Origin: Magallana gigas
Lineage: Eukaryota
Direction: 5' to 3'
DNA: 64,000 nucleotides
Assembly: GCF_963853765.1 (NCBI RefSeq)
Contig: NC_088854.1
Span: forward strand, 43,710,001-43,774,000
Both the position numbers and the translations under genes were made by a program. This document shows positions 49,901-62,721 of this stretch, piece by piece. Below the pieces are notes generated by a model. The model did no database searches, was not told where the DNA came from, and saw only the letters and a list, made by a program, of their open reading frames with translations. Position 1 is the stretch's first letter, and every line of letters starts with the position of its first letter.

Positions 49901-52900
49901 CTCCGGAAATAATCCAACAACATACAAAGTAAATTCAAAGCCAAGTCCGGGGACTTCCGGACAGACTAATGCGCCAGTCATCGACAATTAGGCTGCCTTT
50001 AATCTCCCCTTTCAAGAGATTCTAACGTTATGTTTGTTTTTAGTACGTCTTAATAACATTCTTAGATGTAATGATAAATAGTAAACTCGTTAAACATGCC
50101 TCTGTATACAATATACTTTATTGAATGCTGTTCTGATGTCTAAACCTTCAACAACAAATCAATAGATACAGTGCAGTAAAATCGAAACTTGATAACCTTG
50201 ACGTCTGGGTTTTCTGCTATAAAAAAGGATTAAAAATGATAAAAAAAAAAAACATGCTTGCGATAAATCCAATCAAGTAGACATCGGGTGTTGGTTTCAC
50301 TTCACAAATATGGTGAATTGGCAAATAGATTGAAGACCTTTAAAATTATGTAAACTCTGACCATGAATCCAAGGGATTTCCTTTATGGTAGTTGTATAAT
50401 TAAATGTTATGTACAAGTTTCAAATCAGGGGAGAAATTGCTTAGTCTTTTTAAATCCAATTTTCTCTATGTTATACATGATGATGAAGCACATTTTCATG
50501 AATTTTATTTTGAAATTTATCAAATACACGTTCTACACAAAAAGGAAGAGTCTAGCTTAAAGTGTTTTATCTGTTCTATCTCCACAAAATCTAAATCTGA
50601 AATTGATTTTTAAGCGCGAAAGATTTGTACAAAAAACAACTTAAATGAGCATTCTTTCTGCATTTTATTCGTTTTTAGCATGCTGTGAAATGTCTTTGAA
50701 GAGCGTTGTCCACAAACCAATTAACATTGAAAAGCAACATCTGATTCAAAAGAAACGAGTTACTGTACTTAAATTTGTTCCATGGACAGCTCTTGATAAA
50801 ACTGTGTAACATCACATTTTAGACATTACAACAAATACCAAAACAAGGTTAATATAGAAAATCCACAATTGTTTTTTTTTATGTGATTGGGAATGAATTA
50901 GAATCATAAACTCTGCCAATCATCGTTTTTAATTTTGAAGTCCGATCTTAAAAGCATTTTTACAGATTCCCGTGGTTGAAAAAAAAATGATAAAATGTTA
51001 ATCTAGAAAGTCCACCGGCAATAGTTATCGGTTTAGTAACTGTGCATGGCACGGAATTAGAAGATTTCGTGAGCTATAAATGATTAGTTGCCGATCCGTG
51101 GTTTTCCTTAATTAGCGTCCCCGCGTTCCTCCAAGCAAGCGTGGTCAGCAGATGCGATCTAGCCTCAAAGACACTGCGTATAAATTAATTCCTGAAGGTT
51201 ATTGCATTCATTAAAAATTGGGATTGATTTCATTTCCATTTGTAGGATATTGTGGCATCGCATGCATTTTGTGATGATAATTGTTATCATGCCCATGCCT
51301 TTACGTGTAGTAACAAAGCTATTGCATGATTCTTGCGTGCGCAATTCAAACCAATATTTAATTAATGCCTAAGATAAATAGAAAATTTTGGGTTTAAACG
51401 TCAACTATGATTTCTTCATTTCCTCCTGCGAATTAATAGAATCGCCAAATATATCTGCAAGGCCTAGTAATCACACAATATAAATTCATATCGCAGTATC
51501 CGCAATGGAACCTCACAGATCAGGAAAAAAAACGTGACGTGATTTCCACCTTACGGCGTTCTTTACATTCCTGCCTTATCTTGGATACACGATACACATT
51601 CTGTATCAAATGATGATTGGTCTGTTGGTAAAAATGCTTCCTTATTAAAGAACATATATCATATCGCTGATTCCCGGTACACTGTCTGTATTTGACGCGT
51701 GAAATCGGACTATTTTTGGTGACGTCACGCCCCAAGGTGCGTGTAGCGTCTATACTCTTGCTAACTTTTTAGTTTTGATCTTCATTTCTTTCTTGCGAGA
51801 ATTATCTCATAACAAATTGACAAATTTTTGCACTGATTTGCGCCAATTTTAAAAGAACATTATATCTTGTTATAAAACTGTTTTAAGACGCAATTCTATA
51901 TATGTCTTTTGAAAAACGGTAATTTCAAAGTAACAAACGTCACATTTATCGAACTGAAAAGTTTAATATTTGACATACAGGTACCTGAGGTTAATAATGT
52001 TTCTTTTGTTAGTAAGACAATATTCTTTTCTATAATGGCATGGCTTTGTTATTATAACTATGGGAATTATCTTTCTATAAAAAGAAATATTGTTAACGTC
52101 ACGTGTCTGTGTTTTGATAATATTTGAATCTTGTTTTTACTTTGAATTTGGAGAGTATTCAATGAGAAACAAATAAATAAAGGACATGAATTATACATAA
52201 TTTTATTATTCCTCAGAAAATTCCACGTCCTTGGAACAAGATTCGCTAAAGGAAAGTACCCAGTAAGTTTCAATTTCAACAATTTGAAGGCAATATTCAG
52301 ATGAAGATCGATTAATAAATGTTTGCAGAACTTAGAATAATTGTGAAAAATTATGCATGGATGACTTAATTATTTATAGCTGAATTTCACCACTACCATA
52401 CTTTAGTAGCTTAGAAAATAGAATATTGTAGTTTGAAGTCTTACATTGTATAATACTGGGCCTACTATTAGTAACACATGCATGCAACAAAAATCTGTAG
52501 GTACACTTATTTGGTGTAGCCCTCCCCACCTTAAAGAATTAAAAAAAAATAAAGTGAATCAGTATTCAGTTTACCAGAGCATTGTGATTGTCTATCCCTT
52601 GTCAGAGATCTCAATCAAAATTATTTATGGTACAATATACATGTACTTAAAAATACAGCAATACTGCATTAATTAAACAGGCTAACCTTAGGTCTGAAGG
52701 ATGCCCAGAAAAATGTTTTAATCTCTTCAAAATGCAACATCGTGAAGCCATATATGTATTGGACATGAGCAACTAAAGCATATTTTTGGGACAGGAACTA
52801 AGTAAGAAGATTGTAACTAATCAAGAGATTTTACATTTTTCAACGCCTGCTAAAGCTTTCCGAGACGTAAGTGCATTATTGATGTCAGGATCATAAATCG

Positions 52901-53625
52901 CACATTGATATAAAAAAGATATTTTCCTAAAAAGCAATTACGCAGTTTCGCAAGGGATGTAAAATTATAATTAAACCCTGTCACGTTTATCGTATTTCTA
53001 CTATATGTACAATAAGCCATTATACTTACATATGATCAAGACATGAAAACGTAATTAAATCCTTAATACTAAGTGCATGCATCAAGGACATTACCTTAAG
53101 AGCTCCCTGGTCGTGAATTGTGGTACATGTATATTGTTTAAGGAGTCTGGTTGGTCAACTAATGAAACATCAGATCTGCCTTAAACTTTGACGTATGATA
53201 TTTTTGGTCATAAACTAATATTTAGTAAAGAAAAAATCCAAATACTTCAGCTCTAAATTTTAGTATGTTACCATACATGTATTTATAGAGAGCTCTTCAT
53301 CTCAAGGAGGTAAATACAGCCTAAAAATGACCACGACCATCAAGCCCAATTAAGAAGAAAACTAATATCTTACCGGTCTACGCATGGACAACACATCCGG
53401 AGAATAACACGATTTTCTCTCGCCCTCGAAGCTGAAAGTGACGCTTTTCGACGGCGATGGCTGAGGGGTGAGATAGGTGCGTGTGGTAGACAGGGTCCTC
53501 CGGGGAGAGGACGGAGGGACACACCCAGCCTGTAGCACGGTGGGCGCTGATCCTCGTCTACACGATCCTCTCCCGCTAGACCGGCGCCGGTTTTTCCGGA
53601 CGACAGTTCCGGTCCGCGTTAACAT
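43968..53625 (-). CDS. TMEM272: TMEM272-like four-TM membrane protein, ~308 aa, with Ser/Pro/Arg-rich N-terminus
   Basis: Exons 53625-53374, 46849-46669, 45040-44981 and 44401-43968; total 927 nt, in phase. Motifs: GVKYLEECPREPKLPIYLLVGG, WFGFGNVW, WCDSVVFSFTFW. An in-frame TGA lies upstream of ATG 53625, and an acceptor at 53650 implies a non-coding first exon. Confidence 0.82.
45784..46014. mobile_element. 231-bp TTAA-flanked TIR element (uninterrupted copy)
   Basis: TTAA|AAAGACCTTGG ... CCAAGGTCTTG|TTAA. Homologous to the interrupted copy at 55351-~56155. Confidence 0.75.
46326..46654 (-). mobile_element. TTAA-flanked TIR element (Kolobok-like) with internal tRNA-like A/B boxes
   Basis: TTAA|GGTGGTTTGGGACATC ... 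GGTATCCCATACCACC|TTAA. Minus-strand A box TAGCGCAGTGG (46539-46529) and B box GTTCGAATCC (46494-46485). Confidence 0.78.
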
Positions 53626-54436
53626 GTCGTCAGCTCTATCTCCTCAAGTCTGCATAAAAAAGGGTCTTCGTGAGAAAATTTGTTTAGGATGAAAAAAGAG
53701 TAAACTGAAAATGTTATTTCTCCAATTGGGACATTAAATATTAAACATACTAATTGCAGCAGACCTTGCTCACCGCATAGCTTAAACATGCAACATAAAA
53801 AATAGAGATATATCTACATTAAAGGCGATGCTGCGGAATTTAAACTAACCTTTACGTAGCTGAGGCGTTTGCGGGAACGTTTGATTGGCGCTTTCCCTAG
53901 TCTTCAAAAGGTGACTGGCTGCAGCAATGGCTATTGATTGCTAAAACCTAGCGATAAAGCGAAGCTTTGTTATCAAGTCTAAAAAGAAATGTCGTTGGAT
54001 GTATACGTAGCATTTCATTATCTGGGGGTAATTAGACCGAACTTTGATTTCAAACGTGGCAAAACCATTTAAACAATGCCATTCCTTACGCGATGAAAGC
54101 GTGCGTTAATACAAGAAAACCGAGGGATAATCCGGTCCCCCCTAAAACAGACTTTCATCAATAGAAAGATTTTACGGACGATTTACCAGAGGAAGGAATT
54201 GTCAATTTCAAGACGCCTGTGTTTTCTCCACATCTCACTAGAATGGGAGATTTCAATTCTTTAATTAAATTTCCTTTCAGTGCAGGAAATCTATAATTAA
54301 TAATTATAGACCGCTTTGAATCTTTTCTTCGGAAATATAGTGTATCTTGTAAACCTATGCATGGAAATGAAAAATGTTGAGTGATATCTTACTAAATAAA
54401 CAATTATATCGAATTGAAACGTTTGGGTATCTTTTA

Positions 54437-54441
<5 letters not shown>

Positions 54442-54511
<70 letters not shown>
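54442..54511. repeat. (GA)n microsatellite
   Basis: Pure AG run of about 70 nt. Confidence 0.99.
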
Positions 54512-54514
<3 letters not shown>

Positions 54515-55350
54515 TGCCTATAATGCAAAGGACTTTATGCCGTAAAAAATGATACAGTTTCGTGTGCGTTGTTACGTGCCTAGAGGTGGATGTAGATTGC
54601 TAAAATTTCATGTTTCGAATTGTCAAATAATCAAACCTCGATTGACTTTATTATTTTGGTAGAATGATTTGACCATTCATCAATCCGCTCTGCTTTGGTT
54701 GTCGAACAATCGACATTCCTGATAGGATTGTCCTCTATTCGTAAGTACCTATAAAGTCCCTGACCAACACCGAACGGGGAATTTCCCCGTAAGAAAGGTC
54801 TTACCATGATTGATCGCAGAATAAGAGCAGTGGGGGGGGGGGGTGATGTTTATATCTTCAGGCCGTCGTAAACCCCGACCACTAACACGTATTTATAGCG
54901 TTGGTTCATGGGCCACACTTCATGCAACATTCCTCTTTATACTCAATTTATGGTGCTTTAGTGATAATAATTCCCCCATACCCCACTCCAAAAAGTAGTA
55001 TTTTAGGATGTATATGTATAGTGGTGTAGTGAGAGTTACCTTTCTTAGGGACATCATTTCTTACCCTAACCTTGCACCATATAATACTGTCGTTAGACTG
55101 TTAGATGACTTGAACAGTTTTCCCTTTCATCATCTTCATGATACGTAATATGTATAAATTCAACTTCTTTTCAAACCAAGCACTCTAGCCGATATAAGAC
55201 AGATGTGCATTACTTTCTTCATGGGTTCGAATTTAGTACATGTATTTTGAAATACATGTACTATTGCTGGACTAATCTTTAACAAAGAAATTCGCATTTC
55301 ACTTTGCAAAAAAAGTTCTGTGGTATTTGTTATATATAGAACAATTTTAA

Positions 55351-56155
55351 CAAGACCTTGGACTTTCGGAAGGTCGTAGCTATCTATTTCTTGGTTCAAA
55401 ACAAGTAAGAAACAAAATGGAGCTGGATTCAAGTGAAATATTGGCCTACACTGATTTCGTAGTCTTCGCTTAAAAGCCAGACAAATACACCCCTGCGAAT
55501 GTTATTGTCATTTAAATTTTAGACCACGTGATTTTATTTGACATTTTCAGTTTCGCAGTAAAAATCATGCTTCGTGCTTATAGTCTATTTCATAAAATCT
55601 AGGTACTTGAAGTCAAATATAAAATCTAGAGGTTTATTGATTTTAATCTTTATCTTCATTTATTGATGATTAAATGTGTTCTAGAAATAAATGCGACAAT
55701 ACAAAAAAAAGTTTTTGACTGCTGTTGCAACAATTAACATGCTTGTAGAGATCCCTCGAAGTTTAATTTTCGATCCGCGCCTGACCTAGTAATAGCATCA
55801 ATAGTGAAACAGACTATACTATTTTATGCAGAATGTTCCTTGAAAATGACTCGATATAATAAGTTTTTATGCAAAACAGACACTCATTATTTTTCTAAAA
55901 ACCTTATATTGCACACCGCAAGCATCAAACATGGCTACATGTATGATTTTATTAAGCAACCCAATGTCTCGAGAACTTTCATTCGAGCACCTCTGGATTT
56001 ATTACATACTTAACAACGATAAAGAAAACATTCCGAACACATTCGCAGGGGTGAAATAGTGATGATTTCAACGAGCCATGGCTGAGTGGGCAACAATGAA
56101 ATAGACAGGCCTTCGTCACATTGCTGTTTGACTCAACTACCCAAGTCTAGAATGG
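55351..56155. mobile_element. Second copy of the 45784-46014 TTAA element, split by a nested MITE
   Basis: 55351-55487 and 56054-~56150 align in order with 45784-46014 (GACCTTGGACTTTCGG, AAAAGCCAGACAAAT | GATTTCAA.GAGCCATGGCTGAGTGG). Confidence 0.8.
55488..56053. mobile_element. 566-bp MITE with perfect 15-bp TIR, CAC termini and 5-bp TSD (Transib-like signature)
   Basis: AAATA|CACCCCTGCGAATGT ... ACATTCGCAGGGGTG|AAATA. Confidence 0.88.
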
Positions 56156-56339
56156 TTCTAAACCGTTATATCTGAGATTGGGCACTGCTAAGATAAGCAT
56201 GCAGTTGCACAGACAATGTGGCATTCTAACGTCCTTAAAGACACTTGTATGTCAAAAGATGACATTTCTTCAACATAGTAGACTCAAAATCAACATCCCG
56301 ACACCTAAAAGCTGCTAGTGTCAAGTTGCTTAATATGCA

Positions 56340-56472
56340 NNNNNNNNNNNNNNNNNNNNNNNNNNNNNNNNNNNNNNNNNNNNNNNNNNNNNNNNNNNNN
56401 NNNNNNNNNNNNNNNNNNNNNNNNNNNNNNNNNNNNNNNNNNNNNNNNNNNNNNNNNNNNNNNNNNNNNNNN
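56340..56472. other. Assembly gap (133 N)
   Basis: N run. Confidence 1.
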
Positions 56473-57380
56473 TAAAAAACCCGCCGAGTGTAACTGGACA
56501 CCTATCATTATAACAGTGTGTGGGAATGCGATTTAATTTGTTGTACGTCGACGCGTCATTTTTTGGTTAAATCTAACACTACGTGCATTGTGCATTTTTT
56601 ATGCCGCTTTTGAAATCCAAAGAATTATGACCAATCCACTATGTAAATTTTAAAAAAAAATGTTACATGTACCTGTGCCTCTCTACCTTCGGGATAGATT
56701 TCTGCATATCAAATGATCATACATGTACAAAAAAGATATGTTTGTAAAAAAAAAACCTGCCGCAAATGTTATAAAACTTTTGTCACACCTTCCAATGGAG
56801 GGGACGCGATCTGTCATTTTACGACTTATTCCAAGGTGGCTTTTAATAGTGCTTAATTTTGGGAGGAAGTGAAACGCTACTAAAATCCAATAAAAGTGTC
56901 AATTCAACTTTCGAAGTTTACACTTGAAATTCACGCTTTTTGTCGCTAAAGCTTGTTCAACATGTATAATTTGTAACTCAATCTAATTCTGTAAAACCAA
57001 TGTAATTTTCCAATTTGGAATAATTCTTCTGTTACAAAAAGCTCCTTTATATTTTTACAAAAATGTCTGTAGTTAGAACTTTTTTACTATAAACATTAGA
57101 TATCATATATATTTCAAATTTTGTCAAAAAAAAAACATAATGAAACGTCGTATTTAAAATACGTTGAAATTCTCACTCTGTTGATTTCCAATCTCCAAGA
57201 TGATTTTTTTATATGAAATTTAATGAACAAAAATTATTTCCATTCATAACAAAAATACATGATTTGAACAATACAACTGAAAGCATCGCGTTGTTACAGT
57301 ACTGCGTACATGGTATAATGTCCAAATACACGAATTATTTTTCTGTTTTCCAGAATGGTCTTTATGGAAGCCAAATCTAT

Positions 57381-60300
57381 TTACTCTGGCTGTGGGGTGA
57401 ACCTCAAGTAAGCCTTGCCCGAGGGTACGGGCTGGACGGTGACACCCTTAGGGAACACCTTTTCTATGCCCTCTTGGGGGATGGAGGGTAAGACCATACA
57501 CTTGCCTCCTTGCTGAAATTTAGAGACGATTTTCATTAAATAAACTATAAACTTCAATTACATTTACCAAGACAAGTTAAAAATGTATGCAGCACACAAA
57601 CCTGCCATCCCTCGGGTGTTGCGACTTTTTTGTTCATTGTCAGCTGGAGGGAATCGATGACTCTCAAAATTTCACTGAAAGCATTTGACATTGTGTACTT
57701 AATTAAAGCATGACCTTACAAATTCCTGAATAGAAAAAAAAAACTTTGGACTACTAGAAATAAAGTTTAAAATGTTCCTTGTAATATAAATACATTTTAA
57801 TTCATGGATTTTCAACTCTAAATGTCTTCACAACTCACGCGAAATTTCGGCCAGTGGTTGCTGGGTAAAGCATTGACAGTTTCAGTTTCTTGTCGGGGCC
57901 AATGATGAATACCTGCAATTCAAATTCAGTTTACAATTCATATGTGTGGGGGGTATTTTTTTTTTAATTCATATGATTTAATCATTATATTTACAAACAT
58001 TTCTATGCACAACACGTGATTTTATTTTCGATTTTTTTGGGACAAGTGCTAGAAACTAAAATGCTAAGGAGACTACAAAGTAATAGTAAGATTATCAGAT
58101 ATTTCTATCGAAAATTTTTGGGCTTTTCCGAGAAATTGCTACTGCAATTACACGCCATCCAATTGCAAGATTTTGTTTCAAATAGGGTCATACGACATTT
58201 TAATATAGGAAAAATTAAATTCAAATATCTTATATAAAGGACTGAACGGCATACACAGTGTACTTAGTACTTATAATGGTATTTTGAATGACACACGTAC
58301 ATGGTACTATACGTTTACATGATAACATGTTTATGATAAAGACATTGTTCTTCATATCGAGCCATTCACCTTACGATGTATGTGACATTATAGGTAAAAA
58401 GTTCAGAGGCGGATTCAAAGAACCCTATTCATCAGATGTCCGTAATCATATACATGTAGACTAATATATATCAAGGTACTGAAGAACTGACGGGAGTTGA
58501 TTTTGTCGATGTTTATTTATTTTAAAATCAATGATACATGTATGTTATTTTGCTTGACAAGTACGCGTAGTTTCTTATTTGAATTACGCACATTTTTATA
58601 ATATGGATTTCTCGACTTTTTCGACAAGAATGCCGAGAAACCCCCATATGAGTCATGTTAAATAATATTTAAAGATAAAATTAATTCAATCAAACTATGT
58701 ATCAGTAATAGAAATATTTCTCGAAAATTGTATGCATCCAAGCAATATTGAACTTTATTCTCGTTCAACCAAACGCTCGGCTGACACCGTAAATCTCCGA
58801 CAAGGATTCACGGGGACAACCGAGCGTGCAACGACGATGAACGAGACTATGTTGAACTCTGGCGTAGGAATACATACGACTACAAAAAATATTTAAATTG
58901 TTCGTACCATTTAAAATCTGACTATTTTCAAGGTATTTATAAATAAGTTTCCTTGAAAAACAATGCTTTAGCATACATTACATCGAATTCATCAAATATT
59001 TTCAGAACTACGTCTTGTCAGCAGCAATGATTTGTGCTGAGGTCCAAACACTGTTTCACTTTCGGTTTGTCTGAGTAACTGCATAGGAGAGTTGATTAAA
59101 ATCAACTCCCAAAAAGTAATTTCCGGAGTATCCAACACATGTGAACTTAATACTGTAGATAATATTCACTTACTGCACGATATATTAAGTTATTACACGA
59201 CATATGCACTTATTGCACAGGGGCGTAGCTTCCATTGTGGCAATGAGGCAACTGCCTCACTAGAATTTTTTTGACCATCAATGGGATTTTCCCTCCCACG
59301 TAGTAGAAATTCTTCCTTTTGTAAATTTAAGAATTAAACAAATCTAACAAATAAAAATGTTCATTCATCGAAAATATGTTAGAAGTTTTATTTTATTGTC
59401 GTATACTAGTACACATTTATGAATTATAAAGAATTCAAAAATTGAGTACACGACAATCGTGTGAATAGATGCTGGTCTGAAATGTAAAATAACAAAACTT
59501 CGTTCAGGACAATGGGTTTTTTAACTTCTAAATCCCAAATTCATTTTTCGTAGGAGGCTTTGCCCCCCTGAACCTCCCACCAGGGCCATGCCCTGGAACC
59601 GCTGGGGGCCTCAGGCGGCCCCGAGACCCCCAGCCGCAATAAATTTGCCTCACTAGAATATTATCTCAAGCTACGCCCCTGTTGCACGACTCAAATGCGC
59701 TTGTAGCACGACATATATACTTACTGCACGACATGTAAGTGGAAGGCCTGCATTGTCCTTTTCGGCTGGATCAACCATGCCCAGTTTCACGGCCAAATCT
59801 CGGCTTTTGTCGGAAATGATGGGGTATGGGAGTTTGTCTGACGAGCACTTGACGTAGTCTATGATGTCCTTCAAAAAAAAAAACCCAATGAGCAGACATT
59901 TTATCATTTTGATTCTGTACATCTTGTATACTAGTAACCGTTTGGCAGAAAACATGTATAAGTTGATATGGGACACTTTGCAGGCACGTAGCATCGTTTT
60001 TGAAATCCTAATCAGTGGGGTGGGGCAGGTATACTTTTCACTTCAATTTCACTGTTTATTTCCTTATTTTAAATTCAATTTTTACATGGTCACAGAAAAG
60101 GGGGGGGGGGCAACTCCATGTTATTTGAATTTTTTGTATGTAAATTAAAGAAATAAGTTTGCTGCTCAAAAAGTTGGGGGGGGGGGGGGGGGGGGCAGGC
60201 CTCCCCCTCCCCGATGCTACGTGCTTGCTTTGAGATATATATCAATGTGGACGGAATTCGATATTTCAAATACATTAATAGTTTTAAAGTATTGATTTGT

Positions 60301-62330
60301 ATGTATTTGACTATTTGACAGTGAAATGCATTTTGAAAATTGCTATGACGGTGAAAAAAAAGATATGTAAAAGCCACAATAAGTATCGAATTCATCGGTT
60401 GCATATCAGTAGCTGACACGTTTTTTTTTTTACTATTTCAGCTTAGATTTAACGTATTACATCACGCTGTTAGACAGCAAAACTGATGCAAATAATGTAT
60501 AAAGTTATGTTTATTTCGACAGAAAGTAGTCACAACAAGGAGGTGTCCTATACCTCCTTAAGCAATCCGATAAAACGCGGTACTTGTCAAGCACCCATAG
60601 TTGTTGGTGCGACTGATACATTATAGTACTCGTCATTGGATCAAGCCATCAACATGATAGTGGTTTTCCACCATATTCAAGGTCATTTGTGTGGACTTGA
60701 GGTCCGTATCTAGAGGTCTTACTTAAGATCGGTGACCTAAAAACAGGGTAATGGGTCTACGAATTGTGGTAAATACGCCTATCAATTTCACTGGAAAAAA
60801 AGGCATCGGGATAGTATAAGTCGGGAATTTCCTAACAATCAATATAAATTATTCACTCTAGAATTGTCAAAACTAAATAGTTCTTTTATCAGTTACTTTA
60901 TCTGAGTATTACAGTGTACATGAGTATTGTGACTAAAAATTATTTACCACAAACAAACAAATCAAAAGAAAGGAAAAAAAAAACAATTCAGTGTCACTGT
61001 TCCAGTTGATGTTTTCTGCAATTTAAAGTTTTGCAATCTGAAATTGTGCTTTAATTGTACGTAACATTTTCACTTTATTCTCGTATATTGTACTTTTTTA
61101 AAAATAGAAATAAAATGTTTTCGCTTCGCATTCCTTTCTCGTGAGTTTAAATTTGCTTTCGGTTGTAAATGTTGTGAACGCACACTTTTGCCATCCTTAG
61201 TTTCAGGCAATTTTAATCTAGATGGCCGGAGACATTTCGTTTCATTTTAAATTTAAGAGCCGGAGATGGGTCTATACATGCGTATATACGGTACTTTCAA
61301 AGTAGGTCAAAATGAATGATCTTAGTCCTAGCTTTACCTTTGACCACCCCTCATGACTGGGGACGTCATCACAGGACAGGGCGATCATCTTCACCCCCCT
61401 CTTCTTGAACTCTGGCTCCAGCTCCACGCATTTCCCCAGCTCGGTCGTGCACACAGGTGTGTAATCCGCGGGGTGGGAAAACAGGATGCACCAACTGAAA
61501 CGACAAATACAAAGAAATATACGTTGACCTACTTTCTGTAATATGAAGGAATCATTATTGCGTGACGGTTGTGATTTTGTCCATTCTGGTCATTTTGAAA
61601 AGAATTGCTATATGGATAGGTGGGGTGGAGGCTTTATATTTAATAAAATATAGATAGATTCATATAGATTACGGCCGCCGTCGATCAATATTAAATGTTA
61701 TCAGTTACAAACTTATTTGGAATGCATGGTTGAGTTAACTTGAAGTTTGTTTAGTCTATCTCTTGATTGAAAAAAAAAAAACAACACGATACATGGCTGC
61801 CATTTCTATTATTGCACTCAAGTCCAAATTAATTGTTTACCTTTCCTAAGGTATACGCGTGTCGTACAGTGTTATTAATTAATTACAACGAGACAAGATA
61901 AAGCTTTTTAAAACACAAAAATCAATACTGCAGTAACATTTTTTCATTCATTACATAATCTCCCAGCTAGTCGCAGCAATAATCCGTGCAAAACCTGTGG
62001 TCCGTTTATGCAGTAGAGATAAATCTCATGTTTAAAGTATCGCATTTAAATTCGCGTGTCGCAATGTAGGACGTTTAGTAGGGATTACATAATTACCCGG
62101 TCAATATTACATGCACTGCTTACTTAAAAAATAATAGTTATTCTTACTTTACACTAGTGTGCACAAGTTGAGCTCATCATTGTTACGACCGATAGTGGCA
62201 ATTGCGTAATACGTGTACATCCTCCCCGCCATTGCATAACTTACCTGTCCCCAATAAAGTCATGGAATTTAATCTTTCCAATTGTTGTGTCAGCCTCAAA
62301 GTTTGGGAAAGTATCTCCAAGATTCACCAT
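57381..62330 (-). CDS. PRDX6: Peroxiredoxin-6 (1-Cys peroxiredoxin), 221 aa
   Basis: Exons 62330-62245, 61494-61338, 59868-59725, 57912-57839, 57674-57602 and 57512-57381; total 666 nt. Sequence MVNLGDTFPNF..., FSHPADYTPVCTTELG (peroxidatic Cys motif PVCTTE), LYPATTGRNF, KVATPEGW, YLRFTPQP. Confidence 0.98.
59218..59681. mobile_element. 464-bp MITE with 13-bp TIR and 5-bp TSD in PRDX6 intron 3
   Basis: TTGCA|CAGGGGCGTAGCT ... AGCTACGCCCCTG|TTGCA. Subterminal TGCCTCACTAGAAT direct repeats and a GC-rich GCCCCCCTGAACC..GGGGGCC block. Confidence 0.88.
59981..60227. mobile_element. 247-bp MITE with 16-bp TIR and 5-bp TSD in PRDX6 intron 2
   Basis: CTTTG|CAGGCACGTAGCATCG ... CGATGCTACGTGCTTG|CTTTG (15/16 match), with internal poly-G runs. 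Confidence 0.88.
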
Positions 62331-62721
62331 TATGAACTGAGTCTTGTCGCTAGTTATGGAATATTCTACCCCGTATGAACGTGCCTCGCTGATAAGTAAA
62401 CCCAATAAATGTATGGTGGCCCACTAAATCTATAATTACAACAAATTTGTGTCAAATCCCGTAAAAGCTATGTATTTAGATGGGAGATGATCGTGAATAC
62501 ACTGATCGTGGTTTACGACGGCATGAAGTGTACTGTACCGAACTTTTATTCGGATATTTTCTTCTCTACAAGGTTCTCCACACACCTAAGTTAAGTTCTG
62601 TATACATACCCATTCTTCTAAATTACTTAATGATAGTCTAGCATGTGTTCGACTCGACAATGACAGAAAAAAATCCAATTTGGGGAAAAAATAAACTTTT
62701 TAAATTTTACAGCTACTCTTA

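Noticed and set aside
60537-60559. 8-bp hairpin AAGGAGGT/ACCTCCTT in PRDX6 intron 2
   Set aside because: Too short to separate from chance; at most a collapsed TTAA-element footprint.
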